A stretch of DNA of 59,040 nucleotides, counting the filler. It is 4 parts of 4 records of this genome, joined end to end, with 100 filler letters (N's around TTAATTAATTAA, not from the genome) between each part and the next. Parts side by side here need not be neighbours in the genome. Positions count along the whole stretch, not along the records: positions 35,518 to 59,040 come from SRR20825019_1674; 3 more parts are not named here. The stretch is one strand, 5' to 3'. The first letter of the stretch is position 1; each line of letters starts with the position of its first letter. Shown piece by piece: positions 44,800 through 55,910 of this stretch. The translations under genes and the position numbers were made by a program. The notes under the pieces are model-generated. The model made no database searches. It had not been told where the DNA came from and saw nothing but the letters and a program-made list of their open reading frames with translations.

Positions 44800-45375
44800 T
44801 TATTTATCTTGACTAGCTTGTTTTGCAATTAATTGTAATTTAACAATTGGAGTAATAATAGTTGATACAATTTTTCTATTAATTGCTTCTTTAGTTTTTA
44901 ATTTAAGTAATTTATTTAATAAAGTATGTGTAATATATTGATTATCAATCTTAGCTAATAATAAAGTAAAAGGAGCTAATTTTGCTACTTTATTTATAGA
45001 TGCTATTGGATCAAGATTTTGATCATTTGAATAAATAATAACAACATTATTATTAAAAGCATTACGTAGAGCAAATATTTCATTTGGTATTAAAATATTT
45101 TTACTATTAGTTTCATTTGATTTAGTATCAAGTGATTTTGTATTATTTAATAATTTAATTAATAATTGAGTAATATAAATAGATTTTAATTTATTACTTT
45201 GTTGTTTTGGTACTAAAGAAATATTTAAATCATTATTACGAATAGAGTTATATAATTCAGTTTGTTTTTCCTGATTTAAATCATCAATTTGTGCTAATAC
45301 AAAAAAAGAACTATTATTTATATTATTAATAAGATGTTTTGTACCTAGTATACTTTTTCTTTTACGTAAATTCAT
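44800..45375 (-). CDS. rpl10: Probable ribosomal protein L10 (uL10), divergent
   Basis: Basic N-terminus, FFVLAQIDDLN...EL...IR, FNNNVVIIYS, LLLAKIDNQYI...KL; size fits. Similarity judged by eye only. Confidence 0.62.
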   Translation of the reverse strand: MNLRKRKSILGTKHLINNINNSSFFVLAQIDDLNQEKQTELYNSIRNNDLNISLVPKQQSNKLKSIYITQLLIKLLNNTKSLDTKSNETNSKNILIPNEIFALRNAFNNNVVIIYSNDQNLDPIASINKVAKLAPFTLLLAKIDNQYITHTLLNKLLKLKTKEAINRKIVSTIITPIVKLQLIAKQASQDK

Positions 45376-45629
45376 AATTTTAATATTTTTGTTGATTTTA
45401 TATAATTAATTTAATTTCTATAAAATATTCTAATTACAGGATAAATATAGCTATAATTATTATATATTAATGTAATTAAATATAATATTGTAATTATATT
45501 TATATTTGTAATAATATATTTATAAAAAACTTTATAATATAACTTAATATAAGTATATAAAATTCTATAGGATTAATACATTATAATAATATGTATTTAA
45601 TGTTTATATAATATAAAAAAGAATAAACA

Positions 45630-47096
45630 ATGTTTGAAAATCATTTATTATCGACAGTTATATTACTACCCTTATTAGGAGCAGTAATATTATTCTTTAT
45701 TCCCGAAAATAAGATATCATTAATCCGAACACTATCTTTATATTCATCATTAGCAACTTTTGTATTGTCTATTTTCTTATGAGTAGGTTTTGATAAATCA
45801 ACTGCAAAATTCCAATTTGTAGAACATTTTGATTGAATTCCTAGTTATAATCTAGATTTTTATATTGGTGTTGATGGTATTTCTATCTTCTTTATACTAT
45901 TAACTACTTTTTTAATTCCTGTGTGTATTTTAACTAGTTGACATAGTGTAAAACACCGTATGAAAGAATACATGATTAATTTTTTAATTTTAGAAACTCT
46001 ACTATTAATAGTATTTTCTGTATTAGATTTAATTTTATTTTATGTATTTTTTGAAAGTGTATTAATTCCAATGTATTTAATGATTGGAGTATGAGGTTCT
46101 AGAGAAAGAAAGATCCGTGCGGCTTATTTTTTATTTTTATACACCTTACTAGGTTCAGTATTAATGTTATTAGCTGTAATTTTAGTATACTTTCAAACTG
46201 GTACTACAGACATACAAATTTTATTAACTACTGATTTTAGCTTTGAACGTCAATTAATTTTATGATTAGCTTTCTTTGCATCATTTGCAGTTAAAATTCC
46301 AATGGTTCCTGCTCATATATGGTTACCTGAAGCTCATGTTGAAGCACCTACTGCAGGTTCAGTAATGCTAGCTGGTATTTTATTAAAATTAGGTGGTTAT
46401 GGATTTTTACGTTTTTCAATACCAATGTTTCCTGATGCAAGTTTATATTTTACTCCTTTAGTTTATACTATGAGTGTAATAGCAATTGTTTATGCATCTT
46501 TAACAACTTTAAGACAAGTTGATTTAAAAAAAATTATTGCTTATTCTTCAGTAGCTCACATGAACTTTGTAACATTAGGAATGTTTACTTTTAATATCCA
46601 AGGAATTGAAGGTAGTATTTTATTAATGTTAAGTCATGGTATTGTATCTAGCGCATTATTCTTATGTGTTGGAGTTTTATATGACCGTCATCATACTCGT
46701 GTATTAAAATATTACAGTGGAATTACTCAAGTAATGCCTATATATTCTATGATCTTTATGTTCTTTACAATGGCTAATATTAGTTTACCAGCTACTAGTA
46801 GTTTCGTAGGAGAATTTATGATTTTAGCAGGTTTATTTGATATAAATAATACTGTAACTGTATTAGCTGCTTTAGGTATGATTTTAGGAGCTGCTTATGC
46901 ATTATGATTATACAATAGAATTGCTTTTGGTAATTTAAAAGTAGAATACATTAGTGCATTTACTGATGTAAATAGACGTGAATTTTTCATTTTCGTTCCT
47001 TGTATAATATTAGTATTAGTAATGGGTATTTATCCAGAAATTTTCCTAGATGATATGCATGTATCAGTATCTAATTTAATACAACAAACAAAATAA
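45630..47096 (+). CDS. nad4: NADH dehydrogenase subunit 4 (UGA=Trp)
   Basis: [51 protein letters not shown]. Confidence 0.97.
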
Positions 47097-47416
47097 TTTT
47101 GGTTTTTAAAAAATAACTTAAGACCATTACAAGAAGTAGTAAATTTAGTTGCTATTTAAGGCATTAAAAATATTTCTTAAAAGTAAACTTATTTATTACT
47201 CTTGTTTTATATAAAATATGTAATTATATTATTAAAAAGTTAGGTTATTTATTATTATAACTTATATTATATATATCTCTATTCAATTAGATAAATACTT
47301 ATAATATATTTTTATAATATATTGTAGTTTGTAGATATATATAAACTATTATTATTTATATAAATATAATAATAAACCAAATAAAAACATTATCAAATAA
47401 ATAAAGGAAATTTTAC

Positions 47417-48223
47417 ATGTATTGAGCAAACTTATATGTAATGTTAATAGTATGATTTTTAGGTAATATCAATGATACTATTACTTTAGCTGATTCTGCA
47501 GAGCCTTGACAAGTAGGTTTTCAAGATCCAGCATCACCAATTATGCAAGGTATTGTTGAATTACACCATGATATCATGTTCTTTTTAATTGCAATTGTAG
47601 GTTTAGTAGGTTGAGTATTATTCCGTGCTGTAGTATTATTTAAACGTAATAGTAATCCATCACCATTCATTTTTAGTCATGGAACTACTATCGAGATCGT
47701 TTGAACTATTGCCCCTGCATTAATTTTAGTTGCAATCGCTATCCCATCATTTGCATTATTATACTCAATGGATGAAGTAATTAATCCAGTAATCACTATT
47801 AAGGCTATTGGACATCAATGATACTGATCATATGAGTATTCAGATTATAACACTGTAGATAATGAATCATTAGCATTTGATAGTTATATGATTCCAGAAG
47901 ATGAATTAGCTCCAGGACAATTACGTCTATTAGAAGTAGATAACCGTGTAGTTGTACCCGCAAGTACTCACGTTCGTGTAATTATTACTGCGGCTGATGT
48001 ATTACATTGTTGAGCTGTTCCATCTTTAGGTGTTAAATTAGATGCTGTACCAGGTCGTTTAAACCAAACTACTTTCTTTGCTAAACGTGAAGGAGTATAC
48101 TATGGACAATGTAGTGAATTATGTGGAGTAAACCACGCATTCATGCCAATTGTAGTAGAAGCAGTTTCTTTAGATGATTATATCTCTTGAATTTCTTCTA
48201 AAATTGAATTACAAGAAGAATAA
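47417..48223 (+). CDS. cox2: Cytochrome c oxidase subunit 2 (UGA=Trp)
   Basis: DSAEP(W)[13 protein letters not shown](W)Y(W)[13 protein letters not shown], CuA motif [15 protein letters not shown]. Confidence 0.97.
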
Positions 48224-48439
48224 TTTATTATTCTAGATAATTTAAATATTAAATTTAAAGTAATTCGGATTTAAAATTAAAACGAATTTTTAGCATTATT
48301 AAGTATATTTATAGAATAATTTAAATACTTTTATAAAATTTGCTTAATAATGTTATTATTTAATTTTACAATAAAAATTTACCAAAAAAATAAGTTAATT
48401 AAATAACTTAAAAATTATAACTTACAAAAAGCTTATATT

Positions 48440-48931
48440 ATGCTTGCTTTATTAAACCGTTATATAGAAGTATTATTCCTAACTGAATTAGTTAGAGGAT
48501 TATCTATGACTTTTCAATACCTAGTTAGAGACAATGTTACATTAAATTACCCATTTGAAAAAGGACCTATTAGTCCTAGATTTAGAGGAGAACACGCTCT
48601 AAGAAGATATGCAACTGGTGAAGAAAGATGTATTGCTTGTAAATTATGTGAAGCAATTTGTCCAGCTCAAGCAATAACTATTGAAGCAGAGCCACGTTTT
48701 GATGGAAGTCGTAGAACTACTAGATATGATATTGATATGACTAAATGTATTTATTGTGGGTTTTGTCAAGAAGCATGTCCAGTAGATGCAATCGTTGAAG
48801 GACCAAATTTCGAATTTTCAACAGAAACACATGAAGAACTACTTTATAATAAAGAAAAACTTCTACAAAATGGAGATCGTTGAGAAGCAGAAATATCAGA
48901 AAATCTTTTAGTAGAATTTTTATATCGATAA
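48440..48931 (+). CDS. nad8: NADH dehydrogenase subunit 8 (NuoI/TYKY)
   Basis: [30 protein letters not shown]; reads through TGA (DR-W-E) to TAA at 48931. Confidence 0.96.
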
Positions 48932-49107
48932 ATAACATAAATATAAAAAATTAAATCTATAATTTTATCGAATAGATTTAATAAAACATATAAATTAGAT
49001 AGATATATTATAGTATATATTTAATAATAGACAGTAAAAAGAAAAAGTGGATAAATAATATAATTATAATATTACCCCACAAAACTTTAAATAAAAAAAA
49101 GTAAGAT

Positions 49108-49860
49108 ATGAATACTTTAAAAACATCACACTCAAAAAAAAATATTGTTCATTTTAAAATTTATCGTTGAGACCCTGCTAAAAATGAACGACCATACCTT
49201 AGTACTTATCCTATTAATACTAATGAATGTGGTCCAATGATTTTAGACGCTCTTATTAAGATAAAAAATGAACAAGATCCAACCTTAACTTTTAGAAGAT
49301 CTTGTCGTGAAGGTATTTGTGGAAGTTGTGCAATGAACATTGAAGGAACTAATACTCTAGCATGTTTACAGAGAATTAATACTGAAGAGACTTCAATTAA
49401 AATTTACCCATTACCTCACATGTATATTGTTAAGGATTTAGTTCCTGATTTAACTAATTTTTATGCTCAATATAAATCTATTGAACCATGATTAAAACGT
49501 AAATCAACAGACGATATTTCTAAAGAAATTTATCAATCAAAACAAAATAGAACTAAATTGGACGGATTATATGAATGTATTTTATGTGCTTGTTGTTCAA
49601 CTAGTTGCCCAAGTTACTGATGAAATAGTGATAAATACTTAGGACCAGCAATTTTATTACAAGCCTACCGTTGAATTATAGATAGTAGAGACGAATATAC
49701 AAACGAAAGATTAAAATCTTTAGAAGATCCTTTTAAATTATATAGATGTCATACTATTATGAATTGTTCAAAAACTTGTCCTAAACATTTAAGTCCGGGT
49801 AAAGCTATTGCAAAAATTAAAAAACAAATAAATGATAATAACCTAAAATTTTTATTCTAG
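49108..49860 (+). CDS. sdh2: Succinate dehydrogenase iron-sulfur subunit
   Basis: FKIYR(W)[28 protein letters not shown](WW)[15 protein letters not shown]. Confidence 0.96.
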
Positions 49861-50032
49861 GATATTATATCAATAAATAAAATAATAATTGTATATATTT
49901 CATTTAATATATACAATTTATTTCTCAAACTTATTTAGTAGTATAGACATATTCTTAATATTATTATTTCAACATTATTAAGTATAATTTAACTATTAAG
50001 AAGCCAAATTATACTGAATTGTTTTAATATAT

Positions 50033-51580
50033 TTATAAAACTAAATTTAATGCTAAGTTATGTGAAAGTATTAACAGAGGTGAAGGTAACATAAAGAAAA
50101 ATATTATAAAGAATAAAGTTGTTCCTAATATAATAGATTCTAGTTTTCCAAAAGTTTTATATAATACTAAATTATTTGATTTTTCAAAATACATTATTTT
50201 AATTAATCTGATGTAATAAAAACATCCTAATGTACTTGTTAATACACCTATAATAGCAATAGTATATAGTTTAGCATCAATAGCTGCAAAGAATACATAT
50301 AATTTACTACAAAAACCTGCTAAAGGTGGTATTCCGGCCATTGAAAATAGTATTAAAGCTAATGTAATACCTAAAACTGGATTACTTTTCGAGATAGCAC
50401 TTAAATCACTAATAAATTTTAAACGAGATAATGTACGCTGTTCTCTTAAATTCATTATAATTGTAAACATAGCAATACTCATTACAATATAAATTAATAT
50501 ATAAACAAATACACTTTGAATACCTTCAATAGTTCCAGTTGTAAATCCAATTAATAAATAACCAATATGTCCAATTGAACTATATATTAAAAGACGTTTT
50601 AATTTAGTTTGATAAAATGCCCCAAAAGTTGCAAACACCATTGATCCTATAGAACATAGTAGTATAATAGGTTGTCATGGTTGGATTAAATCATAAAATG
50701 TATATAATAATAATCGTAAGAAGATTCCTAATAAAGCAATTTTTGGTACAATAGTAAAGTATGCAGTTACTGGAGTTGGTGATCCTTCATATACATCAGG
50801 TGCTCACATATGGAATGGTACTACAGTTAATTTAAATAAGAAAGCACTCATTATAAAAATTAATCCTAATACTAATGCCCCATTACTAGTAAATACAGTT
50901 AATACACTTGGCTCAAACCACATAGTTGATACAAATAAACGCGCTACTCCAATATTACTAAATAACTTATTAAATTCTTCAAAATTAGTTATACCAGTAA
51001 ATCCGTATAGAATAGAACAACCAAATAATAATAGTCCAGATGAAAAAGCACCTAAAATAAAGTATTTAAGTCCTGCTTCAGTTGAATATTCAGAATTTCT
51101 TTTAAATGTTGCAATAATGTATAAAGTTAAACTTACTAACTCGATAGCTAAGTACATTGATATTAAATCATAAGAACTTACTAATAATAACATACCAAAA
51201 CTAGCTAATTGAATTAATAACACGTATTCAAAAGCATTTAACTTTTCATATTTAATATAATTTAACGAAATTAATAAAGTAATTATAGTTGTACATATTA
51301 ATACTCCTTTGATACTAGTACTAAAACTATCAATAATTAATAAATTATTAAATAGAATTCAACCTTCAAAAGGACTATTTATTAATAGCATTAAAGTTAA
51401 TGTAAATGAATAAATTACTAATCAAGTCATTTCTTTAATGATTAACTCGTGTTTATTATAAATTGATGGACTAACTATAACACCATACATTAATAGGCAA
51501 CTAAATACAGTTATTAAATATAATTCAGGTATAAATACTTTAAAATCGTTCTGAAATAAATATAAACAATTTATTGCCAT
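50033..51580 (-). CDS. nad2: NADH dehydrogenase subunit 2 (UGA=Trp)
   Basis: [27 protein letters not shown](W)[31 protein letters not shown]. Confidence 0.96.
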
Positions 51581-51817
51581 AAGTTTTATTTTTTTAATTC
51601 TTTATTAAAGAAGAACTAGTTTTTTAATATAATCAAAAACTCCTCTTTTATTGCCCTATAAAACAATATTTTAAAATTAATTTTTAATAGTGAAAAATTT
51701 GTAATAATATTTGATATAAACATATTATTATTAACTAAAGATAAGGTAATAAAGTACTGATATAATCAACACTTTATTTGCTAAATAGCCTACTTAAAGA
51801 CTATTTTATAATATTAA

Positions 51818-52213
51818 TTAACTTATACTTTTGTAAGTATTTATCAAAGTTTTTACTCTACTTTTTAAATTGAGAGATTTATCTGTATGATTAATTAATC
51901 TAGCAATTTCATAAAATTCTTTTAATAATTCTTTTTTATTAGTTAGGTTCTTTGCTTTTACCTTTTTTAATAAAAGTACTGAATGTGGGGTTTTTAAATC
52001 AAACTTATAACTACGATCATTATATATTTTGAAATTAACTGGAATAATTGTATTATCTTTTAAATGTTTAGTTTGATCATTAAATTCCTTACAAAAATCC
52101 GCTATTTTTATACCATATTGACCTAGTATCTGATTAATAGGTGCACCTGGTTTAGCATTTGCTGCAGGAATTCTTAATTTTAAATTATGTGTAATAAATT
52201 TACTATCGCTCAT
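51818..52213 (-). CDS. rpl11: Ribosomal protein L11 (uL11)
   Basis: LKLRIPAANAKPGAPINQILGQYGIKIADFCKEFN...IYNDRSYKFDLKTP. The true start is MSDSK (52213). Confidence 0.9.
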   Translation of the reverse strand: MSDSKFITHNLKLRIPAANAKPGAPINQILGQYGIKIADFCKEFNDQTKHLKDNTIIPVNFKIYNDRSYKFDLKTPHSVLLLKKVKAKNLTNKKELLKEFYEIARLINHTDKSLNLKSRVKTLINTYKSIS

Positions 52214-52242
52214 TTTTATTAATCGTCTATACTTATGATATT

Positions 52243-52314
52243 CAGAGGAAAAGGGACTCGAACCCCTACAAATGGTTTTGAAGACCATTATTCTAACCAT
52301 TAAATTATTCCTCC
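52243..52314 (-). tRNA. trnW: tRNA-Trp(UCA)
   Basis: GGAGGAA/TTCCTCT acceptor, G discriminator, ATGGT-ct-TCA-aa-ACCAT anticodon arm, short variable loop (not tRNA-Sec). Confidence 0.92.
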
Positions 52315-52385
52315 TTTATATAATTAATAACTACGAAATTAGTTTCATAACATAAAAAGTTATAACAAATATTTAATAAATAGAG

Positions 52386-52550
52386 TTAGTTTTTACCAGA
52401 CTCTATTTTATCATTATCTTTATCAGATTTTGTATTATTTTTAAAATAATTTACTCCATCAGTTATATCTTTCATTAGTTTTTTAACATCACCAAATAAT
52501 AAAAATAAGATTAATAAAATAACTAATATTTGTCCAAATCCAATACTCAT
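52386..52550 (-). CDS. tatA: Twin-arginine translocase subunit TatA, 54 aa
   Basis: MSIGFGQILVILLILFLLFGDVKKLMKDITDGVNYFKNNTKSDKDNDKIESGKN: TM helix, FG hinge, amphipathic helix ending in G...FK, charged tail. Confidence 0.85.
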   Translation of the reverse strand: MSIGFGQILVILLILFLLFGDVKKLMKDITDGVNYFKNNTKSDKDNDKIESGKN

Positions 52551-52584
52551 ATATATATATATCTAATTTATAAAATTGTATAAT

Positions 52585-52656
52585 CGACCCTTACGGGACT
52601 TGAACCCGTGTTTACGCCGTGAAAGGGCGTTGTCCTAACCACTAGACGAAAGGGAC
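52585..52656 (-). tRNA. trnE: tRNA-Glu(UUC)
   Basis: ACGCC-ct-TTC-ac-GGCGT anticodon arm, ACGGG-TTCAAGT-CCCGT T-arm; U2:U71 mismatch in the acceptor stem. Confidence 0.93.
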
Positions 52657-52848
52657 AAAGTATAAAATATTCTTTCTTTATTATAGATTATAAAGTTTAA
52701 TTAATATTAATAAAAATTTAAATATATCTTTATATAATATTATTAATTTTTATTCATAAAAATAATTATCAAAAGTATTGATAAACCAATACTTTTTATT
52801 TATATTTTGTAAATAAAACTACTTTATAATATATAGTATATTTAAATT

Positions 52849-53223
52849 TTATTTTTTCTTTTTAGTACCATATTTTGATCGAGCATGTTTTCTATTATTC
52901 ACTCCATGAAGATCTAATACCCCTCTAATTAAGTGATATCTTACCCCAGGTAGATCTTTAACACGACCTCCACGCATTAAAACAACTGAATGTTCTTGTA
53001 AGTTATGCCCTTCTCCAGGTATATAAGCAATAATTCTTAAATTATTTGATAATTTTAGTTTTACTACTTTCCTTACAGCAGAATTAGGTTTTCTAGGTGA
53101 CATAGTATATACTCGTGTACAAATCCCTTTTCTTTGTGGTGAACTTTGTAGTGCTGGTACTTTATTTCTATACTTTTTTGGTACTCTAGCTTTTTTTTTA
53201 ATTAATTGATTTGAAGTTGGCAT
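52849..53223 (-). CDS. rps12: Ribosomal protein S12
   Basis: [43 protein letters not shown]. Confidence 0.97.
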   Translation of the reverse strand: MPTSNQLIKKKARVPKKYRNKVPALQSSPQRKGICTRVYTMSPRKPNSAVRKVVKLKLSNNLRIIAYIPGEGHNLQEHSVVLMRGGRVKDLPGVRYHLIRGVLDLHGVNNRKHARSKYGTKKKK

Positions 53224-53237
53224 TATATTATTTATTA

Positions 53238-53897
53238 TTATTTCTTTTTAGATTCTTTTCTACGAATAATTTCCTTAGATAACTTAATTCCTTTTCCTTT
53301 ATAAGGTTCAGGTTTTCTTAGTTTTCTGATATTTCATGCTAACTGACTAACTTTTTGTTTATCAGTACCAATGATTGATATGGTAGTAGGTTTATTACAT
53401 AATAAAATAATATCTTTTGGTATATCAACATATACTTTGTGGCTATAACCTATTTTTAGTACAAGTGTTTTATTTTTATTATTTTCCTCAATTGCTGCTT
53501 TATAACCAACCCCAACTAGATTTAAATTAGTTATATAAGCATCGCAAATACCTTTTACATTATTTTCAAGTAATGTTACTAATAAACCTTCTAATGAAAT
53601 TAATTCTTTTTCAGTTAAATTACTAAATAAATTTAAATTAAATTTAGTTTTATCTAATTTCCTTGAACTATTTTTGCTGAATTTTTTATTAGAATATAAA
53701 TGTGTATGTACAGGCTCTAATTCAAAAACCTTTGTTATTCCTTTCTTATTATTATAGATATAATCAGTTTTTAATGTACTTTTTCCTAAACGTCCATCCA
53801 TAATTACATGATTATTTTCCTTATCATAGCTTAAATTAACAGTTTTTGATAAATTAATACTACTTTTTTTTAATAAAGAATAATTTTCTTGTTTCAT
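53238..53897 (-). CDS. rpl6: Ribosomal protein L6 (UGA=Trp)
   Basis: [22 protein letters not shown], then through TGA to [11 protein letters not shown]. Confidence 0.93.
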
Positions 53898-53961
53898 TTT
53901 TTATCTTACTTCTCTTTAGATATTATTAATCTTATATTTTAATTATAAAGAAATTGTATTA

Positions 53962-54393
53962 TTATGAAATTTTTAATAATAACTCTCCTCCTTCTAATAA
54001 TTTATAGGCTGTTTTATGTGATAAAATGCCTTTATTTGTTGATAATATGTATAAACTAGTTTCTTTATTATTTGAGCCATTCGAGATATAGTTCATTTTA
54101 CGGCTTGTATTTTTAAAATCTTTTAAATCAGTATATATACGTTTACCCGATTTTGAAACTCTTTTTATTTCTTGTATTGCTGGCTTATTTTTATGATACT
54201 TAAGAAAAATTTTAGCTACTTTATTATTTTTAGCATCATTAAATAAAGTATATCCATTAATAAACCCTTCATTTTCTAAAATTTCAATAACTGTTAAAGT
54301 TTCGTGTGATACAATATGTTCAACTACTAGCTTTTCACTTGACAAACCGTTTCTGATTTTAGAAGCTAAATTACTTAAAACATCGTTACTCAT
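53962..54393 (-). CDS. rps8: Ribosomal protein S8
   Basis: DVLSNLASKIRNG, ILENEGFI, RVSKSGKRIY, ILSTNKGIL, GGELL. Confidence 0.93.
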   Translation of the reverse strand: MSNDVLSNLASKIRNGLSSEKLVVEHIVSHETLTVIEILENEGFINGYTLFNDAKNNKVAKIFLKYHKNKPAIQEIKRVSKSGKRIYTDLKDFKNTSRKMNYISNGSNNKETSLYILSTNKGILSHKTAYKLLEGGELLLKIS

Positions 54394-54510
54394 TTCAAAT
54401 TCTATATTTGTTATTTATCTATATTATATAAATATGAAATATTAATAATTATATTCCATTTTATTGTAAAAATCACTATAATATACTTTTATATATAATT
54501 TAGTTATTTA

Positions 54511-54816
54511 TTATCATACTGACTTAATTACGCCTGGAAATTTACCCATAGCAGCTAATTCACGTAACATAATACGTGATAATTTAAAGTCACGGTGAAC
54601 TCCATAAGGTCTTCCTGTAATAGCACAACGGTTCTTAATTCGAGTTAAAGAACTATTTCGTGGTAATTCAGATAATTCTAATCTTGCATTATAAGTTATA
54701 GATTTAGATAATTTTAAGTTATAACTTATTGCTTTTAAAGCTAACCTTTTTTCTCTATACTTTGCTACTAATAAACGACGCTTTTTATCTTTTTCTATCT
54801 GCTTATTGTATTTCAT
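54511..54816 (-). CDS. rps14: Ribosomal protein S14
   Basis: DKKRR, LPRNSS..RIKNRCAITGR, LSRIMLRE, PGVIKSV(W) then TAA. Confidence 0.95.
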
Positions 54817-55059
54817 GATATTAAATATATTGATTTTATAATCCCTTTTCTTTATTTAGGTCTAAACTTATAATGTTTTTATTGTGTAGTTAATCCACAG
54901 CCTTTGAAATAAAAATAAAATAAATATAATATAGTAAAATATGATTTAAATTATAAAAATTTAATTTTAAATGTATCTTATTAATAACCGTATTTATTAA
55001 TATTACAGCCCAATAAAGAGAAAAAATATAAATTAAATTAAAATAAGGTAAACCAAACC

Positions 55060-55521
55060 ATGAACCAAAACTTCAACCTGAAACACTATTTTCCTCAAAA
55101 CTTCTTTTACGAAGAAGTGAAACTCTACGAATCTATGATAACACAGTGCATGACTAATGACGAGTATATCAGTTGGAAAAAGTATAATAGATACAAGAAA
55201 CTATTCGTTTTGTACTTTATTTTTCTTTACTTGATAGCCGAATGTTGTACAAGGGATACACAAAATATTATTGGTCCAATGCTTATGACATCAATAGGTA
55301 TCTGAGGTTTTCATCAGTTAGATATTCTTGAGTTTAGTGTTAAATATGGGAAAGAATACTATTGTAGTCCTATAACAGTTCGTAAAACTCCAGTAATGAA
55401 AAGACTCTCGAATATTTTCAAAGCCATTCAATTACTAAGTCCTTTCGCGTTATTTTTAATAGCAATTTTTGCAACTCTGTTAGTATGATACTATATATAT
55501 AAAGCTATGATACCAGGGTAA
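55060..55521 (+). CDS. Orphan mitochondrial ORF, 153 aa under UGA=Trp, 2-3 hydrophobic segments
   Basis: Open ATG to TAA through two TGA codons; less AT-rich than the flanks; shares motifs with the ORF at 55911-56402. Confidence 0.65.
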
Positions 55522-55585
55522 CTTTTCAATAAATTGAAAAGGCGACTTAGTATATAACAAATAAAATCAAATACTTTATTAATTA

Positions 55586-55742
55586 ATTGATTTATAATGT
55601 TAATAATTACAAAAGTTAATTATTAACATTATAAATCAATACGTATAATAAACTTTCAATATAAGATACTGAAATATTTTGTATTGAAAGTTTATTAATT
55701 ATTATAATGATATAGGGTTTATTTATAAATCCTATATCATTA
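55586..55742. repeat. Three tandem long inverted repeats (hairpins)
   Basis: 55586-55640 perfect 24-bp stem; 55646-55697 and 55705-55742 stems with G:U pairs. Confidence 0.85.
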
Positions 55743-55910
55743 AAGTATATATATAAAAAGTATAAAAGATCAATTTGTAACAAAATTAATCTTTTTTAAC
55801 TTCACTACTAGATAAACTATCAGTTGTACCTTTTGGTAGTCATTCATTAGGAATCTTTTCACCCAGGTATTTCATGCGCTCGACCTCATCTTTAGTCAAT
55901 ACCCCACCTG

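Noticed and set aside
47403-47410. Shine-Dalgarno-like AAAGGA before cox2 (and AAGGT before orf153)
   Set aside because: Not consistent across the other mitochondrial genes, and the rns 3' end is not in the window.
48421-48437. ACAAAAAGCTTAT resembling the 3' conserved region of RNase P RNA
   Set aside because: Spacing is too short for the consensus and no GGAAAGTC-like 5' partner is present upstream.
51600-51800. Possible mitochondrial tmRNA or 5S rRNA in the nad2-rpl11 spacer (also 54840-55030)
   Set aside because: Hairpins exist, but I found no T-arm, Ala-type acceptor stem or 5S loop motifs. A covariance-model search would be needed.
52214-52300. N-terminal extension of rpl11 (MVRIMVFKTICRGSSPF...)
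   Set aside because: It is translation through trnW; the real start is 52213.
52243-52314. tRNA with UCA anticodon as selenocysteine tRNA
   Set aside because: It is 72 nt with a short variable loop and a normal 7-bp acceptor stem, so it is tRNA-Trp.
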